DNA of 64,000 nucleotides from positions 1 to 64,000 of IMG/VR virus record IMGVR_UViG_3300037313_001002. One strand, given 5' to 3'. Origin of the DNA: a virus (Duplodnaviria; Caudoviricetes). Within the stretch, counting starts at the first letter, position 1. The number at the start of each line of letters is the position of its first letter. The notes under the pieces are model-generated. The model did no database searches. It saw only the letters and a list, made by a program, of their open reading frames with translations, and had not been told where the DNA came from. Of the stretch, positions 1-9,990 are shown in pieces. A program made the position numbers and the translations under genes.

Positions 1-150
1 TTTTTTTTTTACCGTCAAATCTTCAAAAGGATTAACAGCACCGACACTTTTTACCTCCGATGTTATGGCTTTCCCCTGCTTAAACCTACGCAAAGCCTCT
101 AAAGGTGATTCACCGTTATCCTGTGGGTTCGGTACTGCTGCTCCCGCCAT
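1..150 (-). CDS. 5' end of a gene running off the window; probable virion cargo/ejection protein (MAGAAVPNPQDNGESPLEALRR...)
   Basis: ATG at 148-150 overlaps the TAA of the upstream gene (TAATG coupling); frame is open to the window edge. Confidence 0.55.
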   Translation of the reverse strand, partial: MAGAAVPNPQDNGESPLEALRRFKQGKAITSEVKSVGAVNPFEDLTVKKK

Positions 151-1793
151 TATTTGATATGATAGTAATTAGTTAAAAATTCAAGCCTGTCCTGCGCTGA
201 CAAAGATTTAAAATCAGGGCTATTTATCAAGTCCTGAAAATCCTGCTGCGCCTTATCAAAGTTAGCTGTTTTTATCTTGGAATTTCCGCGTATCGCATCA
301 TAAGGAAAAGCCACTGGTTTATAGTTAACGTGATTGGTTTTAGGGTCTTTTACCGGGCGTACTCCATATACCATTGGCGAAAATGATATTTGGTTAAGAT
401 TGTTTGTTTTAATCGCTTCATCCAATTGCCTTTTACTCATTACCGCACCCTCACGATTATCTTTCGTGTTGGTAAATACGGGTTCCATTTTAACCGTTCC
501 GGTAGTTACCTCAAAGGGCTGCCTGTTTTTATAAGCATGACCATTAAGGTCAAGTACCGTAGCAGGTGTAACGACCATTTTTGTTTGAGGTAAATTTTGG
601 CTGAACAAGGTCGCGCCCTGTTCATTTTGTGTAAACGTAACCGGAGATATGGGTTCTCCTTTTTTATTGGTAGTCGTAGTAAATGGTACACCTACTGAAC
701 TTTCCTGATTACCATAAACTACTTCCGCATTCCCACCTGTTTCTTTTTCCTCTAAACGTTTTTCCCGCCTCAACGCTAAATTATAATTCAGACCCTCCCA
801 ATCCATCACATTTTTATGAACTTCTTTAGCGCGTGAGCGTGCCATATCCACGTAACTGCCCATAAATTGGTCATACTTCTGCTTGTTCAAAAAGTCCTGC
901 TGTGATTTTTGCTGTAAAAGCTGATTATATTTAGGGTCATCATAACTTGTAATACCCAACTGAACTAAAGCAGCTCTGCCTTGTGGTGTACTCCTGAACA
1001 TGGCATCGTTTAGTTTGGTTACCCCGTCCAAGCTATTGGGAATTATTTTTGCCTGGTCAGGCGTTAAACCTGTTTCCTGCTTTACAAAATCAGTTCCACC
1101 GGGACTTGCCATAAAAAGCCCTTCTACATTTTTCTTAGTCTCTTTGGCTTTAAAAAGGTTCGTGGTTATCCTATGACCGTTATGCTCGTACTCCTGCTCA
1201 CCTGTCATTGAGATGGCATCGTTCAGCTTGGGCAAAATTTCCTTATTCGGGTCAAATGCTTCTTTTATTCTCGGTATCTGTAAATGATTATTGTAAATAT
1301 CCTGTAAGGTGTGGTTGGCTATAAAATCATGCTGCTCCTGAATGCTTTTCGGGTCGTACTTGCCTGCGGGTGCTTTTGCCAACAGGTTTTGATCTTCTAA
1401 AAACTCCTTTTGCATCTGGTCGCGGGTATCCTGCAAGGAATAAAGATTACGCCTGTCGGCCATGTGCTGATTAGATGCATCTACCTGTGACTGAACATTG
1501 GGATTAGGATTATATACATCAAATCCCTGTTGCTGATATTTTTGTCCCTGCTCTAAATGCTTTTGAAAAAGTCCGTTCAGTTCATCCTGCCACAGCGTTC
1601 CATAGGTGGCATTGGCCTGATTATCCTTATAGGACTTAGCCATATTCTGCGCCTGTAACAGTTTTTGCTGCTGATTATACTGCTGAACTTTTTGGTTGTA
1701 GTCAATGGTCTGTAATAGCCTGTCAGCGGCTTGACTGCCTTCTGGTAATATATAGGGTGCTGTACCCGTTCCCGGTGCTGAAAAACTTGCCAT
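150..1793 (-). CDS. putative virion cargo (ejected) protein, 547 aa
   Basis: Q/N-rich helical protein downstream of the tail genes, the usual cargo position in crAss-like podophages; coupled to neighbours. Confidence 0.5.
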   Translation of the reverse strand: MASFSAPGTGTAPYILPEGSQAADRLLQTIDYNQKVQQYNQQQKLLQAQNMAKSYKDNQANATYGTLWQDELNGLFQKHLEQGQKYQQQGFDVYNPNPNVQSQVDASNQHMADRRNLYSLQDTRDQMQKEFLEDQNLLAKAPAGKYDPKSIQEQHDFIANHTLQDIYNNHLQIPRIKEAFDPNKEILPKLNDAISMTGEQEYEHNGHRITTNLFKAKETKKNVEGLFMASPGGTDFVKQETGLTPDQAKIIPNSLDGVTKLNDAMFRSTPQGRAALVQLGITSYDDPKYNQLLQQKSQQDFLNKQKYDQFMGSYVDMARSRAKEVHKNVMDWEGLNYNLALRREKRLEEKETGGNAEVVYGNQESSVGVPFTTTTNKKGEPISPVTFTQNEQGATLFSQNLPQTKMVVTPATVLDLNGHAYKNRQPFEVTTGTVKMEPVFTNTKDNREGAVMSKRQLDEAIKTNNLNQISFSPMVYGVRPVKDPKTNHVNYKPVAFPYDAIRGNSKIKTANFDKAQQDFQDLINSPDFKSLSAQDRLEFLTNYYHIK

Positions 1794-2611
1794 TAACTTG
1801 CGTATCGGTATTGTTGATTATAATTTACAGGTACATCCGTAGGTGAAACAAAGTCAGGTGATGAACTGTTAGTCGTGTTATTGCTTTTAAAAATGCTTGG
1901 CAATAGATTAGCATTGCTTGTATTGCCCATCTGATTTATAGAAGCCCGTGGCATAAACAGCGAACTTAACACACTTGCTCCTGTATCTAAAGCATTATAC
2001 TCATTGGTCGCCCCTGCTGCTGTAAGGCTGTCCTTACGCGCTAAGTCCTGATAGTACTTTTGCAGCTCATATTGGTTTTTGTTCCTGAATTCCTGTCCTG
2101 CCAACTGGTTAGCCTGTACATATTGCCCTAAAGCCGAATCTTTTCCCTGTTGCTGCTGTGCCTGTAATTCATTTTGCGCTATGTTTTTGCTATAAGCGAG
2201 TTTAGCGGCTAAATCAGCCACATCCTGTCCGCTTGTAGCACCCTGCGACCCTTGCACAAAGGCGTTTTGGTAAGTATTGTTGATATTGTTTTGGGCAGCC
2301 GTTTGTCCCGGTAAGCTGTAATTGTAATACCTGTCCCTTAAAATCCTTGCGTTGTCGATAGCTTGGTTATTCATCTGGTAACCGGGATTGTAAGGATTGA
2401 TTTGGGCGGCTACCTTTCTTTGGTTAGCTCCGCTAAAAAACTTAAATATGGACGGTGCTAACCCGGCTATCGTACCTACACCTGCCCCTATCAGCGAACC
2501 CCACGGCCCAAAAGCTGTCCCTGCGGCAGCACCGGAACCCGCATTTTTGGCGACACTATTCCAATTTACGGAGTTGTCGTTTATTTTTGCCCAATCTATG
2601 CTATCTGCCAT
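1793..2611 (-). CDS. putative ejection/pilot protein with a glycine-rich hydrophobic N-terminal segment
   Basis: GAAAGTAFGPWGSLIGAGVGTIAG segment followed by an A/Q-rich coiled coil; position after the muzzle gene. Confidence 0.55.
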   Translation of the reverse strand: MADSIDWAKINDNSVNWNSVAKNAGSGAAAGTAFGPWGSLIGAGVGTIAGLAPSIFKFFSGANQRKVAAQINPYNPGYQMNNQAIDNARILRDRYYNYSLPGQTAAQNNINNTYQNAFVQGSQGATSGQDVADLAAKLAYSKNIAQNELQAQQQQGKDSALGQYVQANQLAGQEFRNKNQYELQKYYQDLARKDSLTAAGATNEYNALDTGASVLSSLFMPRASINQMGNTSNANLLPSIFKSNNTTNSSSPDFVSPTDVPVNYNQQYRYAS

Positions 2612-2632
2612 ATTACAAATATATTATTTTAA

Positions 2633-3568
2633 TCATCTATTTGCTGTGTAACTAAAATTCTGACCCATCGTGGACACATCAATACTTACCAATCTTATTT
2701 CCGATATACTATTGTTGGTTAAGGTCACTTCCAATAGCTTTCCCTGCAACGGTGCGCCGCTAAATAATGCCTGCACCACGTCATTAAATCTTGGGTCGGT
2801 CATATCCCTTAATAAATCAGCGAACCAATCCCCCTGCAAGTTCCTGAAATTATTAGGCTGTAACCGCGACTGCTGACCGTTTGGCTTGCCGTCATACGGT
2901 GGTACGCTTATATCTCCCTGATTAACTGCTCCCCATACCGAATTAGACTGAACCCTCATAGAATAAAAGTTCTTAACCATATCGGGGTCTAAGTTGATAT
3001 AAAAAGTGACTACCGATGGATATTGAACGCCAAAAAAATTATTGAAAAGCGTACTATTATCCGCAAGCCACGGCGAACCGTTTTTAAACTGGAATAGCTT
3101 ATCGCTGTATCTTAAATACATTTCCGCTTCGTGCGAACGATTGCCGCTCCATTGTTTAAACCTTTCGTTGAACACCACCGTCTGCCCGTTATCGGGATTG
3201 AGCAGATGTTCTGCTATCACAACCTGACTGATACTAAGTTGTCCGTCTGAATAAAACTGAAATGAATCTGTGCCATCCCATGTAAAAGTTTGGCTTACTG
3301 GCCCATTCGCTGTTTGAGAAATGCCGTTTTGTGAGCCTAATATGCTATATACTTGACCTGAAACATAATTGCTGATTAAATAGGATACATCATATTGCTC
3401 CCCGGCGACCATACCCAACTGCAATAAACTTTCTCCATAAATCAAATAGCCGGGATTACACGGGAAATGGACAGCTATACTTTGCTGTAACTGCCACCCG
3501 CTATCGGCGAAATCCTGCTCCGGGTCTACGTAGGCTACCTGCCCTGCTATGATTGTTACCAGTCCCAT
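2633..3568 (-). CDS. C-terminal portion of a crAss-like tail muzzle/stabilization protein
   Basis: VVFNERFKQWSG...FQFKNGSPW...NNFFGVQYPSVVTF...KNFYSMRVQSNSVW resembles the C-terminus of crAss-like muzzle proteins (from memory). Confidence 0.55.
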   Translation of the reverse strand: MGLVTIIAGQVAYVDPEQDFADSGWQLQQSIAVHFPCNPGYLIYGESLLQLGMVAGEQYDVSYLISNYVSGQVYSILGSQNGISQTANGPVSQTFTWDGTDSFQFYSDGQLSISQVVIAEHLLNPDNGQTVVFNERFKQWSGNRSHEAEMYLRYSDKLFQFKNGSPWLADNSTLFNNFFGVQYPSVVTFYINLDPDMVKNFYSMRVQSNSVWGAVNQGDISVPPYDGKPNGQQSRLQPNNFRNLQGDWFADLLRDMTDPRFNDVVQALFSGAPLQGKLLEVTLTNNSISEIRLVSIDVSTMGQNFSYTANR

Positions 3569-3916
3569 TTATATACCGCCACTTGCTCCTGATGCCCCTA
3601 TCGGGCATGATGTTATATTGTAAATCGGTGGAACATACCAGTTATTTTGCACCCTATCGGTCAATAAAGTCCATGTTCCTAAAATATTTTTATATAATGT
3701 ATCAGCGGGCTGATTATACCAAATATCGTTTGGAGAACCGCCGCTTGGTGTAACATTTGCATAAACATTATAAGTAATACTTGTGCCATCAGGGACAATC
3801 GCCTGTGGGCTTATCATAGCTATATTGGGCATAATAAGTCCGTCAAGTGAGCTATCGTCAAGATAAATCCCTTCAAGAATAGTCCAATATTGATAACCGT
3901 TATTAACTAATGGCAT
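3569..3916 (-). CDS. small tail-associated hypothetical protein
   Basis: PSGGSPNDIWYNQPADTLYKNILGTW fibre-like motif; its TAA abuts the next ATG. Confidence 0.5.
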   Translation of the reverse strand: MPLVNNGYQYWTILEGIYLDDSSLDGLIMPNIAMISPQAIVPDGTSITYNVYANVTPSGGSPNDIWYNQPADTLYKNILGTWTLLTDRVQNNWYVPPIYNITSCPIGASGASGGI

Positions 3917-3927
3917 AATAAATTAAT

Positions 3928-6900
3928 TTAAAAAGCATCAAGTTCTACAATTATAGGTGTATGAACTAAGTATTGTGTTATTGTCAAGCCTGAACTTGGA
4001 ATAGAATAAGGTGTTACAACACCATTTGATGATATTCTTAAAATTCCAGTCCCGCCGTCTGTGCTTGCAAATATTTTAACGTTTATAGTATAACTCCCGA
4101 CTAAAATACTATCCGAACTGCTCCATCCCGGCGTAACATTGGTCTTGCTAAATACAGTAGTTGACCCCTGAAACGCCTTTACATAAGCCATTGTAAAATC
4201 AGTAGTTGTATTATTTATATTAATAGTGGAATACGTTGGCGGTGGCGGTGGAGTCGTAGTTAATTCACAAGCCGCCGAAGATGCCCTTGTCCTGTATCCT
4301 TTCGGCCTGTTAGCGGGTTCAACTACTGTAATACAGCAATTTTTAACAGCACTAAACCCACCACCTGATAATTGCAGTTTATAGGTAAACCCGTCTGAAC
4401 CCACAAATCCACTATTCATGGTTACCACAAAATTGCCACTTACGGGGTCATAAACCACATTGCCATTCGCGGGTTGCGTTACCACAACGCCTGTTGCGCC
4501 TGTTATGACACCATCATCCGTTATCCATGTATTAGCTGTAAAATCATTGCCATATAAAACCGGGATATAAGGTAGGATTGTCCACAATATTTCGCTGTTC
4601 TTGCGGTCTACGCCTGAATACAGCCTTAATTTAAACCTGTCAACTATCTGCAATAACTGACGGGTTGCAGTGTCAAACTGATATATGGTAGAAATAGCAT
4701 CCTGCCCATCACCACCAATCCTCAAAAAAACACCTGAATTTGGCGATGCATGATACTGCATAGTGCCGTTCGATGTCCAGCTTTCAGGATTATTGCCTAT
4801 ACCACCCTCCCATGCCAAGTACTGCATCTCGTTAAGCAAAAATTCCGTAGCGGCCAATAAGGTATTTCCCTGCGCGTCTGTCGTTAACGTGTGGTTGATA
4901 GGAACCCATGCATCCCTCAACTGCTTAAATGCCCACATCCTTGACTCCCTGTACTTGGTAAGCATAATATCGCCATAGGGGTCATCAAAATCCTTCCTGT
5001 CGGCATTATCGAAGTCATTCAGCCCGTTTATGGAACTATCCTGAATATAATTGTTAGAAAACCGCACCCTGCTGCCAAAATGCTTCGCACCTATCCCGGT
5101 GTCCTGCGGGTAAACCCTGCCAATATCATGCAGGTCTGAATAATAAAAATCAGAGAAATTAGGGTCTACGGCTTTGTACACGACCACTTCTGTTCCGGGG
5201 AAAATAGTGTTGGTAGGATATTCCCTGTTCCTGATATAAGCATCGCCGTTGATAATGGTCATTAGTCCCGGCAATAAATCGGTTTGGTTCTGCGTATTAC
5301 AGCTATGATAGGCTTGCGATGTCCCCCAATTTAAAATGGGATATTTAATGCCAAAATCAAAGAAAAGCATATAATCCGGCGAAATATCAGATGCAGGTGG
5401 CTTATACAGTTCAATAATTGAATTGGGGACAATCGTAATCCCGTTGGGTTTTGAAATCCTTATTGTTCCGCGTCTGTCTATAAGCACATAATTCGAGTAG
5501 GATACTGGCGTAAGCGGATTTGTCGTATTATCACTTGCGATAGGCTGGTCTAAGGTATATTGGTTTGAACCTGTATTAACTGCTGTTATTAAACGCTCAT
5601 TGCCGTTTATCTGTATATAAAACCCTGCCTGACTTGCCAAAACCTGAACGGTTACCGATACGATATTTGTTCCGTTTACCGTAACAAGGCCATTCATTTG
5701 TTGGCTTGTTTCCACATTGTAGCCCAATACCTCGCAATCATAAAATTTCGTATAAAGCGTTCCGGTTGTGGTATCGGAACAAATCGGGCGCAACCTGTCA
5801 CCCCTTGCAAAATCATAAGCTAAAATAGAGTTCGGATGAAGCTCATTATAGGTTGGTAAACTACCTATCGTCAAATCAAGATATGTGCCTGCACCATCCT
5901 GCGGGTCAACTTCTATAACTTGCTGAATAAGCACCCAAATAAAAGTAGATGTGTCGGGTGTTCTTACCAAACGCCAGTATTTCGCCCATAATGGCGGTCG
6001 GTGATTGATGGTAATCGTATGAACAGGCTGTTGATAATCGCCATTTGAATTTAAACCTATCTCGGTGATAAAAGGTGTCCTTATAACGCACGTAGATGAT
6101 GTATAAGCGTTGCTTTCCCTGCCATCATCATCAATGTATACAAAAGCATAATTTCTCGTTGTACCGTATTTAATGATGTTTATAGAAGTACCGTCATCTT
6201 TAAGAGTTTCATAGTTCACCGGGTTTACGCTGCCTGAAAAAACGGTCTGCGTTTCTTTCCACTTGCCCAAATAACCGTAATCAAAGGAATTGCTGCCATC
6301 GGCATTCTGCGTTTCATTGGTAATAGCCGCCGCATTGGAGGGATAACCACGACCTATAGACCTTAAAAAGTTTTTAATATTGGCTGCTACCGTTCCTGCG
6401 GTGTCGTTTGGCCCTGCTTTATATTCGTAATAATAGTTATCTGAACCACCCTTATGCGGGTCGATAAAAGGCACGTTATTTAATTTCTGCAAGATGCTCT
6501 GACCACCGTTCCTGCCATACACCCGGAAAATATTGCCTGCCTTTACATCAGCACCTATGGTAAACCTGTAAATAGGATTATAACGCACTATTTCCACGAT
6601 AGCTATAATCAATCCTATTCTCCTCACTTTATCAACAGAAACCAAATCTACGGTAATAGACGGATTATTCAATTGATTCTGAACACCGGGGGGGATGTAC
6701 AAATCCACCCACGATATATTTACCGAAGCATCTACCAAAACCTTGTCAAACCCTTCGGTAAAATTGCTGTAAGTAATGGCATTCTTAACAAAGGACTGAC
6801 ATAAAGGAACACGCGGCAATGCAGGGTTTATGCGATTTATTTTAGCCTGATCGGTGCTTGAATAGGAACCATCATTATAAAATACCCATGTATAAGTTGA

Positions 6901-7794
6901 GTTATCCGAAATATTCAGTTCATCTTTGTCCAGCACCTGACAAATAACAAAATCAGTACTTTGTATCTGATTGTCGGCATTTAACTGTGTATTATTGACC
7001 TTAACGGCTATTTGTATCTTTTTGACAAGCCTGCTCCCGGTCGCAACATTTACATTGATAGCGTTATTGGTATTAGTAATGTTACCCACACCGATATAGG
7101 TTTCACTGGTCGGCAGGGGCACTTTGCTCCAATCACTCCAATTGGAAAGCTCACCATCATCGTAAATGAATTGCAGTGTAAACTTAAAAAGGTTGGCGTA
7201 AAGATTATTGGCATTCCTTGTGGTATCGGTAAAATAAGCGCACGTAGGCGCAAATGGAGCCGTCTGCTTATAGGCGGTAATATATTCAGAGAGTACAGAT
7301 AAGCCGTAGCCAAGCGGTGAACTGTCCAGCATTTTGGCAATGTTGAACTTTCGCGCCTTGTTTAGTCCATCTACCCAATAGATGAGGTTTTCAGCAACAA
7401 TGTCTATATGAAGTATGGGGTAATTGGGGTCAAACGTAAGAATATCAATGTCATCACTCTGCGTGATTGACTGAAAAACGACCGACACCTGCTGATTGAT
7501 GTCGCTGTACTGATATATAGTGTGGTAACCATTAGAATTGTAAACAAAAAAAAAGAACCGATTATTAGCCTCGTCTGCGTAAGAACCTATCGTTTGATTT
7601 GTCCCTGCGGGGAGCGAAGTAAAAACTAAAGTATTACCCCTGATATTTGTTATAACACCTATATTGCCAAAGCTGAATGCCCGGCAGTTGAGCATGTAAC
7701 GCGCCCGGTTTTGGGGAATATATTCAGGTGCGCTATCTGTGTCTATACCGCCTTCAAACGTTTGCTTTCTATATTGTTTCGGTGGTATGTTCAT
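3928..7794 (-). CDS. crAss-like tail muzzle/stabilization protein, N-terminal part (about 1288 aa) with Ig-like C-terminal additions
   Basis: Start moved to the ATG at 7794 (TAATG overlap). Beta-propeller-like N-terminus, FSDFYYSDLHDIGR and RFSNNYIQDSSINGLNDF motifs, then VTQPANGNVVYD...FVGSDGFTY Ig/cadherin-like domain. Confidence 0.7.
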   Translation of the reverse strand: MNIPPKQYRKQTFEGGIDTDSAPEYIPQNRARYMLNCRAFSFGNIGVITNIRGNTLVFTSLPAGTNQTIGSYADEANNRFFFFVYNSNGYHTIYQYSDINQQVSVVFQSITQSDDIDILTFDPNYPILHIDIVAENLIYWVDGLNKARKFNIAKMLDSSPLGYGLSVLSEYITAYKQTAPFAPTCAYFTDTTRNANNLYANLFKFTLQFIYDDGELSNWSDWSKVPLPTSETYIGVGNITNTNNAINVNVATGSRLVKKIQIAVKVNNTQLNADNQIQSTDFVICQVLDKDELNISDNSTYTWVFYNDGSYSSTDQAKINRINPALPRVPLCQSFVKNAITYSNFTEGFDKVLVDASVNISWVDLYIPPGVQNQLNNPSITVDLVSVDKVRRIGLIIAIVEIVRYNPIYRFTIGADVKAGNIFRVYGRNGGQSILQKLNNVPFIDPHKGGSDNYYYEYKAGPNDTAGTVAANIKNFLRSIGRGYPSNAAAITNETQNADGSNSFDYGYLGKWKETQTVFSGSVNPVNYETLKDDGTSINIIKYGTTRNYAFVYIDDDGRESNAYTSSTCVIRTPFITEIGLNSNGDYQQPVHTITINHRPPLWAKYWRLVRTPDTSTFIWVLIQQVIEVDPQDGAGTYLDLTIGSLPTYNELHPNSILAYDFARGDRLRPICSDTTTGTLYTKFYDCEVLGYNVETSQQMNGLVTVNGTNIVSVTVQVLASQAGFYIQINGNERLITAVNTGSNQYTLDQPIASDNTTNPLTPVSYSNYVLIDRRGTIRISKPNGITIVPNSIIELYKPPASDISPDYMLFFDFGIKYPILNWGTSQAYHSCNTQNQTDLLPGLMTIINGDAYIRNREYPTNTIFPGTEVVVYKAVDPNFSDFYYSDLHDIGRVYPQDTGIGAKHFGSRVRFSNNYIQDSSINGLNDFDNADRKDFDDPYGDIMLTKYRESRMWAFKQLRDAWVPINHTLTTDAQGNTLLAATEFLLNEMQYLAWEGGIGNNPESWTSNGTMQYHASPNSGVFLRIGGDGQDAISTIYQFDTATRQLLQIVDRFKLRLYSGVDRKNSEILWTILPYIPVLYGNDFTANTWITDDGVITGATGVVVTQPANGNVVYDPVSGNFVVTMNSGFVGSDGFTYKLQLSGGGFSAVKNCCITVVEPANRPKGYRTRASSAACELTTTPPPPPTYSTININNTTTDFTMAYVKAFQGSTTVFSKTNVTPGWSSSDSILVGSYTINVKIFASTDGGTGILRISSNGVVTPYSIPSSGLTITQYLVHTPIIVELDAF

Positions 7795-8219
7795 TAGTAG
7801 TTTACGGTTGCAAAACCCATATCCTTGCCATCTTTGATATAACGCGGGAAATAAGTCTGTGAAGTTTTTGAGCCAAGCCACCCGTCAACAGGTGAAAGGT
7901 TTGGCATAAATTCATCTATTGTAGCAACGTCCGTTTTGGCTTTTCCTTTAGAAATAGCGTTCCACGCATCGTTACGGTATTTGTTGAACCATTGCTGAAT
8001 AACGGGCACATCTTCATAATTTAAGGAAACGGTAGGGTTTTCGGTTTTATATTGTTCTAAAAGCTGCTTACCTAAATTGGTATCACGCGCATCAAGCATT
8101 TTATTGCCTGACATGCCTTTATTTTTCAGGTAGTCAATAAACCCGTTCCATTCCGTCTTTTTCTGTTCGGGGACGCTGTTTTGTACAGCCTTATATTTAC
8201 CCATGTCAAAACTTGCCAT
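7794..8219 (-). CDS. hypothetical protein, 141 aa
   Basis: Tightly packed between the DHS-like and muzzle genes; VDGWLGSKTS weakly resembles a peptidoglycan-binding motif. Confidence 0.5.
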   Translation of the reverse strand: MASFDMGKYKAVQNSVPEQKKTEWNGFIDYLKNKGMSGNKMLDARDTNLGKQLLEQYKTENPTVSLNYEDVPVIQQWFNKYRNDAWNAISKGKAKTDVATIDEFMPNLSPVDGWLGSKTSQTYFPRYIKDGKDMGFATVNY

Positions 8220-8220
8220 T

Positions 8221-9246
8221 TTATTCTCCTAATACGTAAGCAAAAATTAAAGGGGCTACAATACTTGCATCGCTCTCCACAATGAACTTTGGCGTGCTGA
8301 CGGCCAGTTTACCCCATGTTATCTTTTCATTCGGTACAGCACCGCTATATGAGCCATAAGATGTTGTTGAATCACTTATCTGACAGAAATAAGCCCAAAC
8401 AGGCGTATCTTTCTCTTTCATCTCCTGCGACAGAAAAGGTACGACACAAATCGGGAAATCCCCCGCTATGCCGCCGCCAATCTGAAAAAAGCCTATCTTC
8501 TTGCCGTTCTTTTTATACCATTCCGCAAGCCACACAAAATAATCAATACCGCCTTTTACTATTTCACATTTGCACTCTTTGCGCATAACGCAAGCGGCAA
8601 ACATATTTCCGGCACTTGAATCCTCCCATCCGGGTACAACAATAGGCAGGTTCTTTTCGGCGGCGGCCAGCATCCATGAGTTTTTGGGGTCAATTTCATA
8701 TTGCTTTTTCATATCACCGCTTAAAAGCAGTTCATACATATATTCATGCGGGAATTTGGGTTCCTTAGACTCCTTCCACAGCTTTGACAGGTGTTCCTCC
8801 ATCCACTTCATAGCTGAACTGTCGGGAATACAGGTATCGGTTACGCGGTTATATTTATCATCCAGCAAACTTTTTTCCTCTTTGGCATTCAAAGTGCGAT
8901 AATCGGGCACTCTTTTATAGTGAGAGTGCGCCACCAGATTCATTATATCTTCTTCCAGATTAGCCCCGGTGCAACTGATGATTTGAACTTTATCCTGACG
9001 TATCATTTCAGCCAGCCAAATACCTAACTCTCCCGTGGACATCGCCCCGGCAAGCGTTATCATCATTTTACCGCCCTTGTCGATATGTTCAGCGTAAGCC
9101 TCTGATGCTTCGACCATCGTCATAGCATTAAAGTGCTTATAGGAATTGACCATAAAACTGCCGATAGCCCCTAACTTGCGTTTTGGCTTTTCAGGTTCCC
9201 CGATTTTACGTTCCTGCTGTAACCGTTTTATCTTTGTGATGTCCAT
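8221..9246 (-). CDS. deoxyhypusine synthase family protein (DHS-like, possible homospermidine synthase)
   Basis: TLAGAMST, SCTGANLEED, PGWEDSSAGN, QIGGGIAGDF and GSYSGAVPNEKITWGKL with the catalytic-position Lys. Confidence 0.9.
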   Translation of the reverse strand: MDITKIKRLQQERKIGEPEKPKRKLGAIGSFMVNSYKHFNAMTMVEASEAYAEHIDKGGKMMITLAGAMSTGELGIWLAEMIRQDKVQIISCTGANLEEDIMNLVAHSHYKRVPDYRTLNAKEEKSLLDDKYNRVTDTCIPDSSAMKWMEEHLSKLWKESKEPKFPHEYMYELLLSGDMKKQYEIDPKNSWMLAAAEKNLPIVVPGWEDSSAGNMFAACVMRKECKCEIVKGGIDYFVWLAEWYKKNGKKIGFFQIGGGIAGDFPICVVPFLSQEMKEKDTPVWAYFCQISDSTTSYGSYSGAVPNEKITWGKLAVSTPKFIVESDASIVAPLIFAYVLGE

Positions 9247-9987
9247 TTAATGTACTGATGACCTGTAATGTTCTGCCATAGAATTGGCTATAAAAAGAGC
9301 TGTACGATATGAGTATAGTCTTTTTACCTTCGTGTACTCACGTTCATAAGCCAACCTGTTATATTGTGCCAAATTCAGGTTTTTACCCGCGTACCACTCG
9401 CTCAAAGCGTAGTATTTTAGCGCGTTCCACCACTCGGTAGGGACAAGCGTCAGCCCATCTATCTGTCCTGAACTCTGATATTCTATGACGATTTCTGCGT
9501 CAGGTGGCAGGAGGGAACCAATATATATTTCACCTTTACCACGGTCGATGTTGTAATATCCATTGCAGTTGTAAACGCCACCCCAACCATAAAGTTCACC
9601 AAGCCCTCCATTCCAATAATAGTTGTAAAATACATATTCGTTCCCCCAAAAGTTACCGTTCCAAATATCGCATAGTTGCCTTTCTGTTTCCTGTTGTGTC
9701 AGTAATTTCGGTTGTATGTCGTCATTCAGGCTTAACACCGCTATCCTGCCGTTATGCTTAATGCCCACTTTGGTTTCGTACACAAAGTCCTCCGGTAACT
9801 GTATCACGTTATCCACTTCCAAAACAGCCGTTTTTACACAAAAGTCCTGACCTATATACAGATTCATATCCCTGTAACCTGCCAATAACTTTCTTAAAAT
9901 GGAAAACTTATAGCGTGAATTGGAATCGCCCAAATCTGCCGCTACGTCATCTGCAATTACTTCTATATTGGTTAACGCTTTGCTCAT
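9247..9987 (-). CDS. tail ring (tubular) protein, crAss-like
   Basis: Size, position after the capsid genes, and KTAVLEV...IQLPEDFVYETKVG pattern. Confidence 0.6.
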   Translation of the reverse strand: MSKALTNIEVIADDVAADLGDSNSRYKFSILRKLLAGYRDMNLYIGQDFCVKTAVLEVDNVIQLPEDFVYETKVGIKHNGRIAVLSLNDDIQPKLLTQQETERQLCDIWNGNFWGNEYVFYNYYWNGGLGELYGWGGVYNCNGYYNIDRGKGEIYIGSLLPPDAEIVIEYQSSGQIDGLTLVPTEWWNALKYYALSEWYAGKNLNLAQYNRLAYEREYTKVKRLYSYRTALFIANSMAEHYRSSVH

Positions 9988-9990
9988 TTT

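Noticed and set aside
7795-7881. N-terminal 29-aa extension of the muzzle gene in the ORF track
   Set aside because: Overlaps the upstream gene; the TAATG junction supports a start at 7794
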